From Candidatus Latescibacterota bacterium (lineage in GTDB: Bacteria > Latescibacterota > UBA2968 > UBA8231), in assembly GCA_965208105.1 (NCBI GenBank), contig OZ242318.1, forward strand, positions 3,968,001 to 4,032,000: 64,000 bases of DNA, read 5' to 3'. The notes below the pieces were generated by a model. It saw only the letters and a program-made list of their open reading frames with translations. It did no database searches and had not been told where the DNA came from. A program made the position numbers and the translations under genes. Below, piece by piece: positions 47,051 through 57,529 of this stretch; position 1 is the first letter of the stretch; every line of letters begins with the position of its first letter.

Positions 47051-48358
47051 ATGCCCAACCGACCCAACATTCTTTTGATCTTCACCGACGAACAATCCGC
47101 CGACGCCATGAGCTGCGCTGGCAACGTCGAGATATCCACGCCAGCCATGGACCGCCTCGCGGCGGACGGCGTCCGCTTCGAGCGCGCCTATTGCGCCGCG
47201 CCGTCCTGCGCGCCGGCGCGCAACAGCCTCCACACCGGCCGGATGCCCCATCAGGTCGAATTCGGCGAGAATGGCAAGATCGCCAAACCGGAAGAGACCC
47301 TCGGCCGCATACTGGCCGGCGCTGGCTATGACTGCAATTACGCCGGCAACCGCGCTTTTTCGTTGAGCGAAGACCCCGGCATCTGCGGGTATCAGCCGCT
47401 CTCCCCCAAGGGGGACGCCATCACCGCCCAGCGCTCCGCCGAGTTCCTGCAAGAGCGCGGGCGCGGTCAGAACGACAACCCGTTCTTTCTGGTCTCATCC
47501 TTCATCAACCCGCACAACATCTATCAGTGGGCGCGGGACCAGGACACCTACCTCGGCGCTGTCGAAGATCGCCCCATCCACGAATGCCCGATCCTGCCGG
47601 CCAACCACCATATGGCCCCGTTCACGCCCCAATGCATCAAGGCGTATCTGGGTGGACATTCGCCGGCCTACCAGGCACCCCAACCGATTGACGATCCGAA
47701 CTGGTGGAGGCGCTACCGCAACGCCTACTTCCGCATGATCGAGATGGTGGATGCGCAGATCGGCATCGTGCTCGACTCCTTGCGTGATTCCGGACTGTAC
47801 GACGACACCCTCGTGCTCTTCATCAGCGACCACGGTGACTGCGCCGGCGCGCATCAGTGGCTGTGGAAGAATGTGCTCTACGAGGAAGCATTGAAGGTGC
47901 CGTTCATCCTGAAACCTCCTTCAGGCAGCGCGGCCGGCCTTTCCAGCGCCTTTGTTTCCACCGGGCTCGACATCCTGCCGACCTTCTGTGATTACGCCGA
48001 GGCCGATCTACCAGGTGGTTTGCAAGGCCGCTCCCTCCGGCCGTTGGTGGAGGGATCCAAAGATGCGGAGGAATCCTGGCGCAAGCAGCTGGTGGTGGTC
48101 ACGGACCGCCACGATTACGGCATGGTCGGACGCGCCGCGTTCGAGGGGAATACGAAATACGTGATCTACGAATGGGGCCGTTATCGCGAACAGCTGTTCG
48201 ACCTGGAAGCCGATCCCGGTGAGATGGTGAATGTCGCATCCAGTGCCCGGTTCACGCCCGACCTGGTCAGAATGCGATCCTTCCTGCGCGACTGGTGCGC
48301 CGAGACCGGAGATTATTTCAAGTCCGTTCCAAAAGGCGAGAACCCCGCGCCGTACTGA
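47051..48358 (+). CDS. Sulfatase-like hydrolase (paralog B)
   Basis: RPNILLIFTDEQ, CAPAR, NPH, SDHG; colinear with 40189-41550. Confidence 0.9.
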   Translation: MPNRPNILLIFTDEQSADAMSCAGNVEISTPAMDRLAADGVRFERAYCAAPSCAPARNSLHTGRMPHQVEFGENGKIAKPEETLGRILAGAGYDCNYAGNRAFSLSEDPGICGYQPLSPKGDAITAQRSAEFLQERGRGQNDNPFFLVSSFINPHNIYQWARDQDTYLGAVEDRPIHECPILPANHHMAPFTPQCIKAYLGGHSPAYQAPQPIDDPNWWRRYRNAYFRMIEMVDAQIGIVLDSLRDSGLYDDTLVLFISDHGDCAGAHQWLWKNVLYEEALKVPFILKPPSGSAAGLSSAFVSTGLDILPTFCDYAEADLPGGLQGRSLRPLVEGSKDAEESWRKQLVVVTDRHDYGMVGRAAFEGNTKYVIYEWGRYREQLFDLEADPGEMVNVASSARFTPDLVRMRSFLRDWCAETGDYFKSVPKGENPAPY

Positions 48359-48496
48359 GGTCAACTCGCGGCAGGCCGTCCGGGTCGCGGCGCTCCTGAG
48401 CGCGCGATGCCCCAAGGTCTCAGCGCCGAGCTGTCCGGCGACCTGCGGTGATCGGGACCGCCGCGATCGGTCGTCACCACGAGGGCAATCGCTGCG

Positions 48497-49717
48497 ATGT
48501 ACGGCCCGCACTGGACAGTCAATCGGTTTCCCAAAGTGACGCTCGAAACAACACTCCCGGAAGCAGCCGGCTTCTCCGCCGACCGACTCGAAGCCGCCGT
48601 AGACTACCTCCACACCGCCGTCGACCTCGGCGCCATCCCTCTGGTCGAAATCCTCGTCGCCCGCGGCTCTAAGATCGTCCTCCACGACCGCCGTCTGCAC
48701 CCCAGGATAGTTGCCCAGGGTTTCGAACTTACCGCCGACACCATCTTCGAAGTCGCCTCGGTCACCAAGCCGCTCTGCGGCTCCGTCGTCATGCGCCAGG
48801 TCGAGATGGGCTATCTCTCCCTGGACATCCCGGTGGCCGAATATCTCCCCGAGTTTGGCAAAGCCGGCAAGGGCTCGGTCACGGCGCGCCACCTGCTGTC
48901 CCATTCGTCCGGTTTGGGCGATCTGATCAACGGTCCGCACCCGGCGTCGACGGAAGAGCTGTTGGAGCGGATCTACGACCTGCCCCTGGGGTTCGAGCCG
49001 GGCACGCGATCGAGTTATTCCACGCTTGGCTTCGAGGTGGTGGCGGAGCTGGTGCGGCGGGTGAGCGGCAAGGAGCTGGCGGAGCTGGGGGACGAGCTGT
49101 TCAGGTCCCTGGGGATGGGGCAGACCCATTTCCGCGCCCGCGATGAGTTCGATTCGCCGCGGGAGTGGCGCGCCCATGCGCTGCCGCTGTTCGACCGGGA
49201 TTTGCGCGCCCATGCGGACCCGTTCGACGGGGAGATGGAGGACCATCCGCATTTCAACTACATCACGGGTGGGGGTCGCGGTTGTTCGAGCGCGATGGAT
49301 CTGGCGGTGTTTGCGCAGATGATGCTGAACAAGGGCAGCTATGGGGACACCCGGGTGCTGTCGCCCGCCTCGGTGGAGCGGATGGTGGAACCGCAGTTCG
49401 CCTGGTCGGATACGCCCGAGCACCGGACCCGTGCGGACCGCTACATGTACCTTAGCAAGGCGCTGGGGTGGATGGTCCGAGGGGATGCGTTTTTCTTTGG
49501 CGGCGATCTGATGAGTCCGCGGGCGTACTTTCACGGCGGCGCCTACGGATCGCGGGTGCTGATGGATCCGGAGTACGATCTGGCGTTGGTGTTTTTGACG
49601 AGTACGTGGCAGCATCCGGTGACCGGTGAGGAAGCGATCCAGGTGCCGGAGTACATGAACAGCTTTATCAAGATTCAGCAGGTGTTTGCGAATATGGTGT
49701 ACGGGGCGCTGTGTTGA
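48497..49717 (+). CDS. Serine hydrolase, beta-lactamase (class C-like) family
   Basis: ASVTK (SxxK), LLSHSSGL, FEPG...YS, HGG. Confidence 0.9.
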   Translation: MYGPHWTVNRFPKVTLETTLPEAAGFSADRLEAAVDYLHTAVDLGAIPLVEILVARGSKIVLHDRRLHPRIVAQGFELTADTIFEVASVTKPLCGSVVMRQVEMGYLSLDIPVAEYLPEFGKAGKGSVTARHLLSHSSGLGDLINGPHPASTEELLERIYDLPLGFEPGTRSSYSTLGFEVVAELVRRVSGKELAELGDELFRSLGMGQTHFRARDEFDSPREWRAHALPLFDRDLRAHADPFDGEMEDHPHFNYITGGGRGCSSAMDLAVFAQMMLNKGSYGDTRVLSPASVERMVEPQFAWSDTPEHRTRADRYMYLSKALGWMVRGDAFFFGGDLMSPRAYFHGGAYGSRVLMDPEYDLALVFLTSTWQHPVTGEEAIQVPEYMNSFIKIQQVFANMVYGALC

Positions 49718-49905
49718 GGGACAGCCCCCGGGCATTCCCATCGCTCCGGTCCACTGGCTTTGCCTATGCTGCTTTTGGATCTGTGCCGACTGCCTACTCA
49801 CGTTGCCGATCACAGCACAATTTGATATAATTCTCCGTGAAACCCACCACACCGCTTCGGGCAGGCGGTCCCCTCACTGCCTCGGCCAGACATTGCAATC
49901 GCGGG

Positions 49906-51420
49906 ATGGGGATGTCGCGTTTCCGATTGGAAATAATCGTTTTCATCGCTGGGGCGGTAATAATGATATTCGAGCTCGTGGGTTCGCGTGTCATGGCGCC
50001 GTACCTTGGGAGTTCGCTCTACGTATGGACCAGCCTCATCGGGGTCATTCTGGGTAGTCTCAGTTTCGGATACTGGTACGGGGGACGGCTTGCTGACAGG
50101 CGGCCCGAGCACGCAGTCCTTTCAAAGATACTCTTCGCAGCCGCGATTCTTGTAGCGGCAGTTTCGTATTTCGATTACCTCACCTTGAAATTCGTGCGGG
50201 GCTTGCTACCCGACCTGCGCGCTGCCTCCTTCGCTGGTGCAGTTATTCTGTTTGCTCCCGCGAGTGTGCTCTTGGGAATGGTGGCGCCTTTTGCCGTGCG
50301 CCTGCGGTTGAGCGACATCGAAGAAACTGGCAAAGTTGTCGGCCGCCTGTACGCGATTTCCACGGTTGGAAGCATTAGCGGGACGTTTCTCGCCGGATTT
50401 TTTCTCATTGCCTTTTTCGGAACGACGCAAATCCTTTTGGTGCTGTCTGTTCTTCTGCTGGCAACGTCGTTTCTCGGGTTCAGAATAAAAAGGGTGGAGC
50501 CCCGGGTAGTAGCCGGCCTTCTTCTCTTAGTTGCGGTATCTTTCCGCGCATATCTACATCACAGCTCCGATACCGGGCGAATCGATATTGACACAGATTA
50601 TAACCGAGTGTGGATCGATGATGCAGTCTTGGGGGAATCGAAGCGACCGGCGCGCCTACTTCGAATCGATGGCCTATTCGCGCAAGCGGCGGTCTACCTC
50701 GACAATCTCAACGAACTGTATCCGAACTACACGCGATTTTACCGCCTCGCAGAACATTTTCGTCCGGACGCACGTGCTGCGCTGGCCATCGGCGGCGGCG
50801 GCTATACCTTTCCTCGGGACTATCTTCGGCGAAATGCAGATGTAGCGATTGACGCTGTGGAAATAGATCCGGAGCTTACGGAATTGTCGCGTCAATATTT
50901 CGCTCTCCGCGATCATCCGCGGATGAAGATTTATCACGAAGACGGCCGCATGTTCGTCGCCCGGACGAAGAAAGAGTACGATGTTGTGTTCTTGGATGCT
51001 TTTAACTCAGCAGCGACCATTCCGTTTCACCTTACAACGGTCGAATTTACCAGAGAGCTCGCGGGCCTGCTCGGGCCGGGCGGCGTTCTTATTACCAATG
51101 TCGTATCTGCGGTTGAAGGTGACCACGGACGGATGCTTCGCGCTTTGTATGCAGTGTACCAGAAGGTGTTCCCTCAGGTGCACCTGTTCCCGGTCGATAA
51201 TCCGAGCCAGGGTACAACGCCGCAGAGCGTAATAGTCGTTGCTATTAAATCGCCCGATTCGGTTGAGCTCAGCAGCGAGAATGAAGAATACCAGGGATAT
51301 CTCGCCAATCGATGGACGTCTGCGGTCACGGACGATGTTGCAGCATTTACAGATAATCATGCTCCCGTAGAGCAGTATTCGAAGGGCGTACTTCAGTACT
51401 ACTATAAGATGTGGTTTTGA
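49906..51420 (+). CDS. Fused MFS/spermidine synthase-like protein
   Basis: ELVGSR..APYLGSS..VWT, GRLYAISTVGSI.G, IGGGG, VEIDP, EDGR, LDAF, TDNHAP. Confidence 0.9.
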   Translation: MGMSRFRLEIIVFIAGAVIMIFELVGSRVMAPYLGSSLYVWTSLIGVILGSLSFGYWYGGRLADRRPEHAVLSKILFAAAILVAAVSYFDYLTLKFVRGLLPDLRAASFAGAVILFAPASVLLGMVAPFAVRLRLSDIEETGKVVGRLYAISTVGSISGTFLAGFFLIAFFGTTQILLVLSVLLLATSFLGFRIKRVEPRVVAGLLLLVAVSFRAYLHHSSDTGRIDIDTDYNRVWIDDAVLGESKRPARLLRIDGLFAQAAVYLDNLNELYPNYTRFYRLAEHFRPDARAALAIGGGGYTFPRDYLRRNADVAIDAVEIDPELTELSRQYFALRDHPRMKIYHEDGRMFVARTKKEYDVVFLDAFNSAATIPFHLTTVEFTRELAGLLGPGGVLITNVVSAVEGDHGRMLRALYAVYQKVFPQVHLFPVDNPSQGTTPQSVIVVAIKSPDSVELSSENEEYQGYLANRWTSAVTDDVAAFTDNHAPVEQYSKGVLQYYYKMWF

Positions 51421-51791
51421 ATAAAAAGTTGAGCGTGAATACTTGCTTCAGCCTCCGAATGCGGCGGCGTTCAAAGGCGCCCGTTCGCGCTTCTGAGGCG
51501 ATCAGCTTTCCTCGCACTCGCCGCGTGCGCCTTTGGGCATGAAGGCGGGATAGTCGAGGAGCACGCTGCGCTTCCAAGGACGTACGCAACAGGACATGCC
51601 TTGCACCTTGTGCACGCCGGCGAGAACGAACTCACGAGCTACTTTGAGGTCGAGCTCGAGCAGCGCTCCACGTACCTGTGGACCAAGTTGACTCAGACGT
51701 TGTCGGTGGGAACGACAGAGTTGGAGTGAAGGAGGAGGAGCGGAAGAGCGGCCAGTTGGTGTTAGCTCCGGACTTTCTCGAGCACTAATAC

Positions 51792-51830
51792 AAAAAATAC
51801 AGGGGCAGATCGTTTCAATCTGCCCCTGTA
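51792..51830 (-). terminator. Rho-independent terminator
   Basis: 13-bp stem TACAGGGGCAGAT/ATCTGCCCCTGTA followed by a T6 tract on the minus strand. Confidence 0.88.
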
Positions 51831-51855
51831 CGGTTACGGATCGATCAGATCGGGA

Positions 51856-53802
51856 CTATTTCAGCAGGGTCATGGAGTGGGTAGCTGAAAAATCGCCGGC
51901 CTCCATCCGGTAGAAATAGGTCCCGCTGGACACGGCCTGACCGCTCTGATCGCGGCCCTCCCACACCGTCTTGTAGGCCCCCGCACTCAAGGTCTCTTCC
52001 ACAAGCTTCGCCACCTGCTGGCCCGCCGTGTTGTACACCTCGATCTTCACGAGCCCATCGGCACCGGACGGAACGGTGAACTCGATCGTGGTCGCGGGGT
52101 TGAACGGGTTGGGGTAGGCCTGGTTCAACGAGTAGCTGTCGGGCGTGCCCGCGCTTTCGACCTCTTCGACCACGGTCGCCCCAGCGCCCAGCCTGCGGCT
52201 CTGAATGTCGAAGGGCAAGTGCATCAGCATGCCCGGAGGAAACAAGTCACCAGAGTCGCTGAGTCTCCTGTGGCCATCCAGACCTATATTACCATTGACA
52301 TACAGGCCGTCCCACGGTCCCGGCTGGCCCGCATTCCTGCCCTCATAGGGCTGGCCGCCGGCTGTGGACCTGTTGTTCTGGACGAACCGGCACCACCACG
52401 AACCAGCCCTGTGAAACGGACCTTGGGTTTTGTTCAAAAAGACACGGAACATCCCGAAGCCATCCCGGGAATATCCGTCGAAGTTGTGGTCCAATATGCT
52501 GAACCTTGTAGAGGTCAAGGTGAGCTTCCCGCTCAGGTCGACCGCATGCCTGGCTGATGCGGCGAATATGCCATGCGGAAGTCCAAACTGCGCGGCCAGC
52601 TCATCGGGGATCACGTCGCCGTAAAAGTCGCCCGGGCCATTCGCCCAGATGGGATTCCCGTCGTGGTCGATCTTGACAAACCACTGGGCCCCATGTCCGT
52701 GCACGACGATCCCGCTCTCGTCAACCACCAACTGGTCCGGTCCCCGGAGGTTCTGTGTCATATTGCCGTTCTCATCAACTCCGAGCATTTGGTGGAACTC
52801 TGTTACGTCAAACTCCTGGAGGAAGGCGCCGCTGGTCTTGTCCCAGGTCTGGACCGAGGCCACCGGCGGGTCGGTTTTGCCTTGGTTCCCGGTATAGATT
52901 TTACCCCGCCAGATTTCAGCCCCGTTCAGACGGATATCCTCCTTGCGCTCAGGCCACGTGACACCATTCTCGCCCCAATCCGTGACCAGGTCCCACGTCT
53001 TGGCCGCGCGATTGATTCTCAGCTTCAAAATGGCCGGAGCCGGTTCAGGCCTCGTTATGACCGACCAAAAGATTTCCTCATCGTCGGGATCCGGACGGAT
53101 ACCGCCATTGGTTTTTTTCTCACCTTCCCAGGGGATGTTCTGGTAGAAGTTCCAGCGTTCCCAGGCATTGGGATCGGCAATGAGGTCCGTGCCAAACACT
53201 ACGCGCGCCACATTGCCAACCTCCAGACCGAACAACGGTTCGTCGACCTCCGTGGTCCAGTTCTCGGGAGGATCCTTGCGCATATCAATGACAGGGTCGA
53301 TGAAGCCCGTGCGAGCGACTGCTCCCATCAGCACAGCCTGATCGAGAGTGTTTATCCCGATCACGTCGAATTCGTAGTTGCCGGAGCCGACCGCATTACC
53401 TTGCCAATCCATGCCGTCCCAGGTTATCACGTTATTGCCCGCTTCCAGCACGGCTCCGGACTCATTCGGAACGACGTTCAGGAACAGGTCCTGCGGCTGA
53501 AAGCGGTTCACGGTGTTGTTGGGCCCGGTGAGTCCCGTCACGTTACTGCCGATCTCGTACACCCCGATCCACACCCTGGCGCGCTGGCTGAGGGTGACCG
53601 GAATGTCCACCGAGCCACTCCCGTTCCATGGCACGTCCGAGACGGATATGCGCAGGGGGTTCGGAGTCCCTGAGAGCTGGGGCTTTTCAAAAGTCTGTTC
53701 CTCGTCGGTCAACTCAGGGAAGGGATAGGCTGCGAATGTGGAGCCGCCGGCCACGAGGACTACGGCGAACGCGGCTGCCAACACAAATTGTAGTTTCTGC
53801 AT
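51856..53802 (-). CDS. Secreted protein with FlgD-Ig / T9SS type A-like C-terminal domain
   Basis: Signal peptide MQKLQFVLAAAFAVVLVAGGSTFA; C-terminal YPNPFNP.TTI.F...YN.AGQ.V...W.GRD..G..VSSG.YFY.M...MTLLK. Confidence 0.88.
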   Translation of the reverse strand: MQKLQFVLAAAFAVVLVAGGSTFAAYPFPELTDEEQTFEKPQLSGTPNPLRISVSDVPWNGSGSVDIPVTLSQRARVWIGVYEIGSNVTGLTGPNNTVNRFQPQDLFLNVVPNESGAVLEAGNNVITWDGMDWQGNAVGSGNYEFDVIGINTLDQAVLMGAVARTGFIDPVIDMRKDPPENWTTEVDEPLFGLEVGNVARVVFGTDLIADPNAWERWNFYQNIPWEGEKKTNGGIRPDPDDEEIFWSVITRPEPAPAILKLRINRAAKTWDLVTDWGENGVTWPERKEDIRLNGAEIWRGKIYTGNQGKTDPPVASVQTWDKTSGAFLQEFDVTEFHQMLGVDENGNMTQNLRGPDQLVVDESGIVVHGHGAQWFVKIDHDGNPIWANGPGDFYGDVIPDELAAQFGLPHGIFAASARHAVDLSGKLTLTSTRFSILDHNFDGYSRDGFGMFRVFLNKTQGPFHRAGSWWCRFVQNNRSTAGGQPYEGRNAGQPGPWDGLYVNGNIGLDGHRRLSDSGDLFPPGMLMHLPFDIQSRRLGAGATVVEEVESAGTPDSYSLNQAYPNPFNPATTIEFTVPSGADGLVKIEVYNTAGQQVAKLVEETLSAGAYKTVWEGRDQSGQAVSSGTYFYRMEAGDFSATHSMTLLK

Positions 53803-53947
53803 GTCGGTTCCTCCTGATCTTTTGAGTACTGTCTGAAAATCAGCTTTCCACAACAATGAAGCACCTTGTGAAGACTCGAATCGGTACTGGCGACGTTTTA
53901 AACGCGCTGTCTACCCACCATGGGCACCACCTCCTTCGGTCGACGCC

Positions 53948-53985
53948 AACAAAAGACCGCACCTACCTATCTTCGGCAGTGCGGC
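53948..53985 (-). terminator. Terminator-like hairpin inside the 5' leader of 53802
   Basis: Minus strand GCCGCAC-TGCCGAAGATAGGTAG-GTGCGGT followed by CTTTTGTT. Confidence 0.55.
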
Positions 53986-54108
53986 TATCCTTAGGTGATC
54001 GGCATTCCCTCTCTACTCCCAACTCTACCCCGTCGGTCAGATGAGGACCGGTACCTTTGCGTCCTACGCTTTCACGTAGTTTGCCTTTGTCAAGTTTGTC
54101 AAGTATAC

Positions 54109-54137
54109 ATTGTAGCTCCATTTTTAATGATTGTCAA
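54109..54137 (-). promoter_or_regulatory. Sigma-70 promoter
   Basis: TTGACA-17 nt-TACAAT on the minus strand; further TTGACA hexamers at 54088-93 and 54097-102. Confidence 0.7.
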
Positions 54138-54196
54138 CATTTATTTGTAACGGTCAACTTTATTATTTGCACTGTCGTGACTGGCTGTCGAGGCCT

Positions 54197-56185
54197 TCAC
54201 TGCGGCCATCCGTGGACGTAATGTCCGGCGGTGGGAAACCAGACGAAATCGACTGCGGTGGATAGTATCACCCCCAGCACGTAGCCGATCCCCAATCCAT
54301 AGAAGAAGGGTTTTCCCGCCAGGTAGGCTCGAACTCCGCCGTAGTGCAGCAGGGTCAGTTTGATAAGCCAGACCGCGAAGATATTTGCTCCGTACCACCA
54401 GGTGGCATGGGTGTACTGGAAGATCAGACCGATGGGATGGATCGGAAACCAGTGAAACCTGGCGCGCAGGAAGGTGATGGACGCGGCCTCGAAAAAGCCG
54501 CTCCACCAGATGGCCCACTTGCCCCAGTGGGGCGTGATCGGATTTTCGAGCAGGTGGACGATCCCATCGTAGAAGAACACAGGGCTGCGGCTGCGGTCCG
54601 TACCGTCCGCATAGGAAAGCTCGAGGACCCCCCACACGGCCACGCCGAAGCCGACCACAAACGAGATGAAGACAGCGGACGTGACCCAGGCGGGTTGGAA
54701 CCTGAAGGAGAAGATCCGCAGGTGGTGGGCGATCGCCGGCCACGCTGGAATGCAGAACCCTCCGAAAAAAGCGTAACTGGTGAACATCTTGTACGGCACC
54801 AATTTCTCGGTCGACACGTAGACAGAGCCCATCAGCTCCAGGAAGAACGACTCCCCCTTCAGATAGGACCGGTTGGGATAGATGTAGGCGATGCCGCTGG
54901 CGGCCACCAGTTTTACCGCGACAAAGTACACCAGGGTCATCAGCGCAAAGCTCCCCAATGCCAGGGAGAGGCTCACCCCCAGATGCATGGCCCATGCGAT
55001 GACGTAGACCGCCGCCAGGACCATGCCGACCACGGCCAGGCGGTAGCTCCGGACCTCGCGGGGATCGCCCGCGCCGCTCTTCACCTGGCGCCACACCTGC
55101 CGCAGATAGCTGCGGGCGATCCAGATCGACCACAGCCCCACAAAGATTATAGCCCCGTTGCTCTCGGTGTGAAGGATCATCTGACTGTCGAGAAACTTCC
55201 ACCCGGAGAAGTCCAGGCTCGGAGTGCCGAAGCGCTTCATCAGCCCCAACTTGATAGTGGCGATCCAGTGGAAGAGCACCATGCTGCCCAGAATATCCAC
55301 CGGGCACAGGTAGATGACCATCATCATCAGCGGCATCAGGCGGATATATCCCACAATGAAACCGTCGCCGAGATTGTAGACATAGTGGGTCCAGAACAGG
55401 CCGATCGACGGCAGCCCCGTGATGAAATAGGTGCCAATGTTGTAGAGTTGGAGCAGAAACACCACGCCGAAACCGATCCAGAAGAGCCGTTTGTAGAAGA
55501 TGTCCGGAAAGCGGCGCTTGCTGTCGAAACCTTCGGTCACGTCTACGGGCAGTTGTGCCAGCGGAAAGGTAAGCTTTTCGGCGTCCTGCCATTGGCGCTG
55601 GAAAACCACTAGAAGACAGTAGCCGAACACCATCATGGCTACCGAGACTCCCATCCAGCTCGCGATCGGCTCCAGCCACCCGTCCCAGGGAATGGCCATG
55701 CCCTCGGGCAGGCCGTACCAGAAATAGTCGATCACCCGCGAGGTCGTGGGGGGCAGGACGTGCCAGGGCAGGTAGTCGAAGAAGCTCTCGGCCCAGCGAT
55801 TTTCAGCGTTGGCAAAATGGGCCGGGGTCGCCAGGATCGAGGCCAGGGACGGGATCCACACCGGAATTGCGGCCACCACCCAGGTCATGGAGAAGAGGGT
55901 CAGCATTTCACCCCGCCGCAGTGCCGTGCGCGGCCGAACGAGCTTGAGTGCCGCGTTGGCTACGAGCCAGAGTACGAAGGGCATGAACGCCGCGATGGGG
56001 TACTGCGATTGAACGTACCGACCTGAACCCTGGCGTTGGGCGATTAGAATGATGTAGAAGAACATCGCCGCAATGGTCAACACGCCCAGGACCACCGCGC
56101 GGAGGGTAATCAGGGGCGGGCCGGACCGAGCGGACCCCTTTATTTCTTCCGAAGTCTCCAACGCGGGCTGTCGCCTTCGAACCAT
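54197..56185 (-). CDS. DUF6785/DUF6784-type membrane protein (paralog of 34703)
   Basis: Same motifs: ITLRAVVLG, RQW...EKLTFPLAQLP, RFHWFPIHPIG, YLAGKPFFYGL. Confidence 0.8.
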   Translation of the reverse strand: MVRRRQPALETSEEIKGSARSGPPLITLRAVVLGVLTIAAMFFYIILIAQRQGSGRYVQSQYPIAAFMPFVLWLVANAALKLVRPRTALRRGEMLTLFSMTWVVAAIPVWIPSLASILATPAHFANAENRWAESFFDYLPWHVLPPTTSRVIDYFWYGLPEGMAIPWDGWLEPIASWMGVSVAMMVFGYCLLVVFQRQWQDAEKLTFPLAQLPVDVTEGFDSKRRFPDIFYKRLFWIGFGVVFLLQLYNIGTYFITGLPSIGLFWTHYVYNLGDGFIVGYIRLMPLMMMVIYLCPVDILGSMVLFHWIATIKLGLMKRFGTPSLDFSGWKFLDSQMILHTESNGAIIFVGLWSIWIARSYLRQVWRQVKSGAGDPREVRSYRLAVVGMVLAAVYVIAWAMHLGVSLSLALGSFALMTLVYFVAVKLVAASGIAYIYPNRSYLKGESFFLELMGSVYVSTEKLVPYKMFTSYAFFGGFCIPAWPAIAHHLRIFSFRFQPAWVTSAVFISFVVGFGVAVWGVLELSYADGTDRSRSPVFFYDGIVHLLENPITPHWGKWAIWWSGFFEAASITFLRARFHWFPIHPIGLIFQYTHATWWYGANIFAVWLIKLTLLHYGGVRAYLAGKPFFYGLGIGYVLGVILSTAVDFVWFPTAGHYVHGWPQ

Positions 56186-56263
56186 GACGCGCAACTCAAG
56201 TTTGATTAATCCGGTTTGTGGACATTCTTGCAGGCCGGTTCATTGCCAGCTAAATTAGCGTTC

Positions 56264-57358
56264 ATGGCGATGCTACTTTCTGTAGTGATGATATGCTGCT
56301 TCCTGGGTTCTGCTCAATGCTCCAGGGAGTCGAACCAAAAAGGCTCCCACTACACCGGCAAGGGCCCACGCTTCGACCTCAAAACGGCCGCGGCGTACTA
56401 CGAACTCGGCAAAAGGCTCAACTCTCAGGGCGATGTTGCCGGCGCCCTGAGAGCCTTCCAGCAGGCCGTTCGTATGGATCCTGAGTACGCCCCTGGCTAC
56501 TACGGAGTGGGTACGATCTTCTACAACGGCCGCGAGTTCGATCGCGCCATCGAGGCGTATCGCCAGGCCATAAGCGTCGACCCCACCCACATCAATGCCC
56601 ATTACAACCTGGGGCACGCCCTTAAGGAAAAGGATGACCTGGACGGCGCAAAATGGGCCTTTCGCCAGACCATTCGCCTGGATCCAAAATTTACCCGCGC
56701 GCGCAACAGTCTGGGTTCAATTTTTCTCGAGCAGGGCCGCAAGGACAGCGCCGTGCATGAATTTCGGGAAGGGCTCCGCTACGATCCCGATAATGCCAGC
56801 CTCCACACAAACCTGGGTGTCGCGCTGTGGCAGGAGCGCGATCTGGACGGCGCGGCGGAGGTGCTGGGTGCAGCCATTCGCCTCGATTCCAACCATGGCA
56901 GGGCCCACTACGTGCTGGGCAACATCCTGAAAGAGCAGAACGACCTGGAGGGGGCTATTGTGCATTACCGTGCAGCCATCAGGCTGGCCCCCGCGCACTC
57001 CGCCAATGCCCACTACCACCTCGCCCTGGCACTTAGAAAGAAGGGAGAAGTAGACGAGGCAATCCGTAGCTTCCGCCACGTCGTCCGGCTCGATCCCGGT
57101 CACAGCCGCGCCTACAACAATCTGGCCGCGACCCTTTATCAGCAGGGGAACAGCAAGGCGGCAGCCCGCGAGTACCGACAAGCCATCCACATCAAGCCCG
57201 ATTTCGCCGGTGCCCGTCTTGGTCTGGCGACCATCCTCATAGAACAGGGAGAGAGGGACGCCGCCATAGAACAGTACCGCGAAATCGTTCGCACAGGCGA
57301 CGACCAATACCTGCAGGACATGAGCGCAAAGATCCTCCTCTCCCTGGGCGAGCTGTGA
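56264..57358 (+). CDS. Tetratricopeptide repeat protein, probably exported
   Basis: About nine 34-aa repeats (AHYNLG, AYNNLA, A...F..A...DP); hydrophobic N-terminus. Confidence 0.92.
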   Translation: MAMLLSVVMICCFLGSAQCSRESNQKGSHYTGKGPRFDLKTAAAYYELGKRLNSQGDVAGALRAFQQAVRMDPEYAPGYYGVGTIFYNGREFDRAIEAYRQAISVDPTHINAHYNLGHALKEKDDLDGAKWAFRQTIRLDPKFTRARNSLGSIFLEQGRKDSAVHEFREGLRYDPDNASLHTNLGVALWQERDLDGAAEVLGAAIRLDSNHGRAHYVLGNILKEQNDLEGAIVHYRAAIRLAPAHSANAHYHLALALRKKGEVDEAIRSFRHVVRLDPGHSRAYNNLAATLYQQGNSKAAAREYRQAIHIKPDFAGARLGLATILIEQGERDAAIEQYREIVRTGDDQYLQDMSAKILLSLGEL

Positions 57359-57529
57359 GTAAGTCTCAGGGCTTGGACTAACGGCGGGAATTTCCGTATA
57401 GGCTCTTATCCTTGGCAATATCGCCGGCTTCGTGGATCCTGATCGCTGTCATTATTCGTCCACGTTCCTGTGTCCGGGAACGCGGTCCCGAGTGCACTTC
57501 GGCCTGCGCACCTGGGCCTTAGGCTCACG

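Noticed and set aside
51540-51729. Short open stretch ending ...LSVGTTELE
   Set aside because: No clear start or recognisable similarity; possibly debris.
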